NCBI RefSeq assembly: GCF_001447785.1
Contig: NW_015172027.1
Span: 339,843-403,842, forward strand
Length of the DNA: 64,000 bases
Reading direction: 5' to 3'
Origin: Gekko japonicus
Lineage: Eukaryota
Position 1 is the first letter of the stretch, and each line of letters starts with the position of its first letter. The notes beneath the pieces are model-generated. The model worked only from the letters and a program-made list of their open reading frames with translations. It was not told the DNA's origin and did not search any database. This document shows, piece by piece, positions 62,541 through 64,000 of this stretch. A program made the position numbers and the translations under genes.

Positions 62541-63379
62541 TAAACCCTTCATCTACCGTGCCGGTAATGCCCTTCTGTAATACCTGTTCTGTAAAGGCCA
62601 GTTCATCAAACGGTTTTGGATGGGTTTTTTTTCATGCTCCTTAATTTTTGTTTCACACTTTTTTCCATCTTGAAAAACCTTCTCAACAAACAAACAAACA
62701 AACTTCTCCTCACTGTATAGGAGCATAAGACTTTGCAGGCAAAGCCAGGAACTGTTTCCTGTTGAGACAGAGTATAACAGTGACTTCCAACAACATGTCT
62801 CTCCAGTATCGAACATCCACACAGATGCAGAGAATGACAAATACCATATCAGATAGGTCTATGCTGGAAATTCAATTTTTTCCCCATCTTCATCTGACCA
62901 CTAGGCCAACCAAGGCAATCACCTCAGGTGCTCAAGTTAGAGAGGCACCAAAAAGCCTGTACTGAGTGGAGGGGCATTGCCATATTCTGAGTCAGGTTAT
63001 TGGCCTAACTTGCCTAGAACTGCCAACAAGCTGAAGAAAAAATGTCTGGTACTTTTAAGAGAGGTCCAATCAGATGTCTTCTCAGTCTTCTCTCTGTTGA
63101 ACCTGGAGTGGGTTTTCCAATATCATTGGGTACAAAAAACCTCTGAGCACAAAAAAATAGGAATTGAAATGGGCAGGTTGAATGACTGCTGTAGTTAGAT
63201 GGCTAAGGATAAACAAGCTGAAGCTGAGTCCTTTCAAGTCTGAGGCAGTGCCGTTTGGGAAGGCCGAGGTCCTGAAAGACATGGTGCTCTTCACTTTTGA
63301 TGGGGTCCACCTCTCTCTCACTGACTCAGCTGAGCCTAGGGATTATTACTGGGTTCAAATTTATCGCTGGACAAGGAAA

Positions 63380-63710
63380 TAGTAGGAATAAATGGACTGT
63401 TCACAGAATGGAGGAAAGTAAGCAATGAGGTTCCACAAGGATCAGTATTGGGGCCAGTACTATTGAATTTGTTCATTAAGGATCTGGAAGTAGGGGTGAG
63501 GTATTGTAGGGGCTAAGTTAGCAGAAAATGACACAAAATTATTCAGGATGGTGAAAACCAAGGCTTCAGGGCTTTGTACTAGGTCTAGTACTTTTAAATT
63601 TTTTCTTTAACAATTTGGAGATGGGAGGATGCAGCAAAATGGCTAAGTTTGTGGATGACCCTAAGTTGCTCAGGGCAGTGAGAACCAGGGAGGTCTGCGA
63701 GATGTTGTAA
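63380..63710 (+). mobile_element. CR1 RT fragments
   Basis: VPQGSVLGPVL-like and KFVDD-like degraded segments. Confidence 0.6.
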
Positions 63711-64000
63711 AATAGTCAATAATTGTTTAATACTCAGACTATTTGATGGATCTTGCTCTATTGGAAAGAAGAGAGTTCTTTGCCTTTAAAAATACTTTAT
63801 TCTAAGGGAAAAGGTACACGGGATTGCTACAAATTAACAAAACACTAAGAGCTACATTTCTAAGCTTCCTACAGACAAGACAAGCACACACGTAATGGTG
63901 GAGATTTCCTCCTTCTTCTTGACCCCTGAAAGGAAGTCACCTGAAACAAATGACCAATCTGCATCACAGTAGAAGTTACTTTTCCCGGGCAAATCCCCCA

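Noticed and set aside
62721-62860. Candidate last exon of gene 2
   Set aside because: The phase-1 frame stops after two codons and no CC..CN motif is present.

Overview
Repeat-dense vertebrate genomic DNA. The Squam3-type SINEs, BovB/RTE and hAT MITEs point to a squamate, probably a gecko (inference). There are three assembly gaps. From left to right: (1) A decayed PIF/Harbinger transposon (~2.3-14 kb) carries a transposase remnant and two convergent Myb/SANT-trihelix genes. It is split by a ~6-kb, nearly intact Ngaro-type tyrosine-recombinase retrotransposon (3194-9207, minus strand; gag, RT/RNase H, YR, SGNH hydrolase). The hydrolase ORF has no ATG but can be spliced in frame to the first 136 gag codons through canonical splice signals. 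(2) Several L1 copies follow, including an ORF1-only, polyadenylated HAL1-like insertion with a target-site duplication (TSD), and an orphan ABCA2 first coding exon. (3) A Ly6/uPAR (three-finger) locus that the ORF track cannot see. It has one complete spliced gene on the minus strand (41325->30774) encoding a secreted 120-aa three-finger protein with 10 canonical Cys plus an extra tail Cys and no GPI signal. A divergently oriented paralogue lies on the plus strand (LU exon 55433-55534), and its 5' end has been hit by several insertions. (4) Two internally deleted Gypsy LTR elements, a young BovB copy, and L2/CR1/RTE-X-like fragments fill the rest. All gene models were hand-read from the sequence and none were database-checked.
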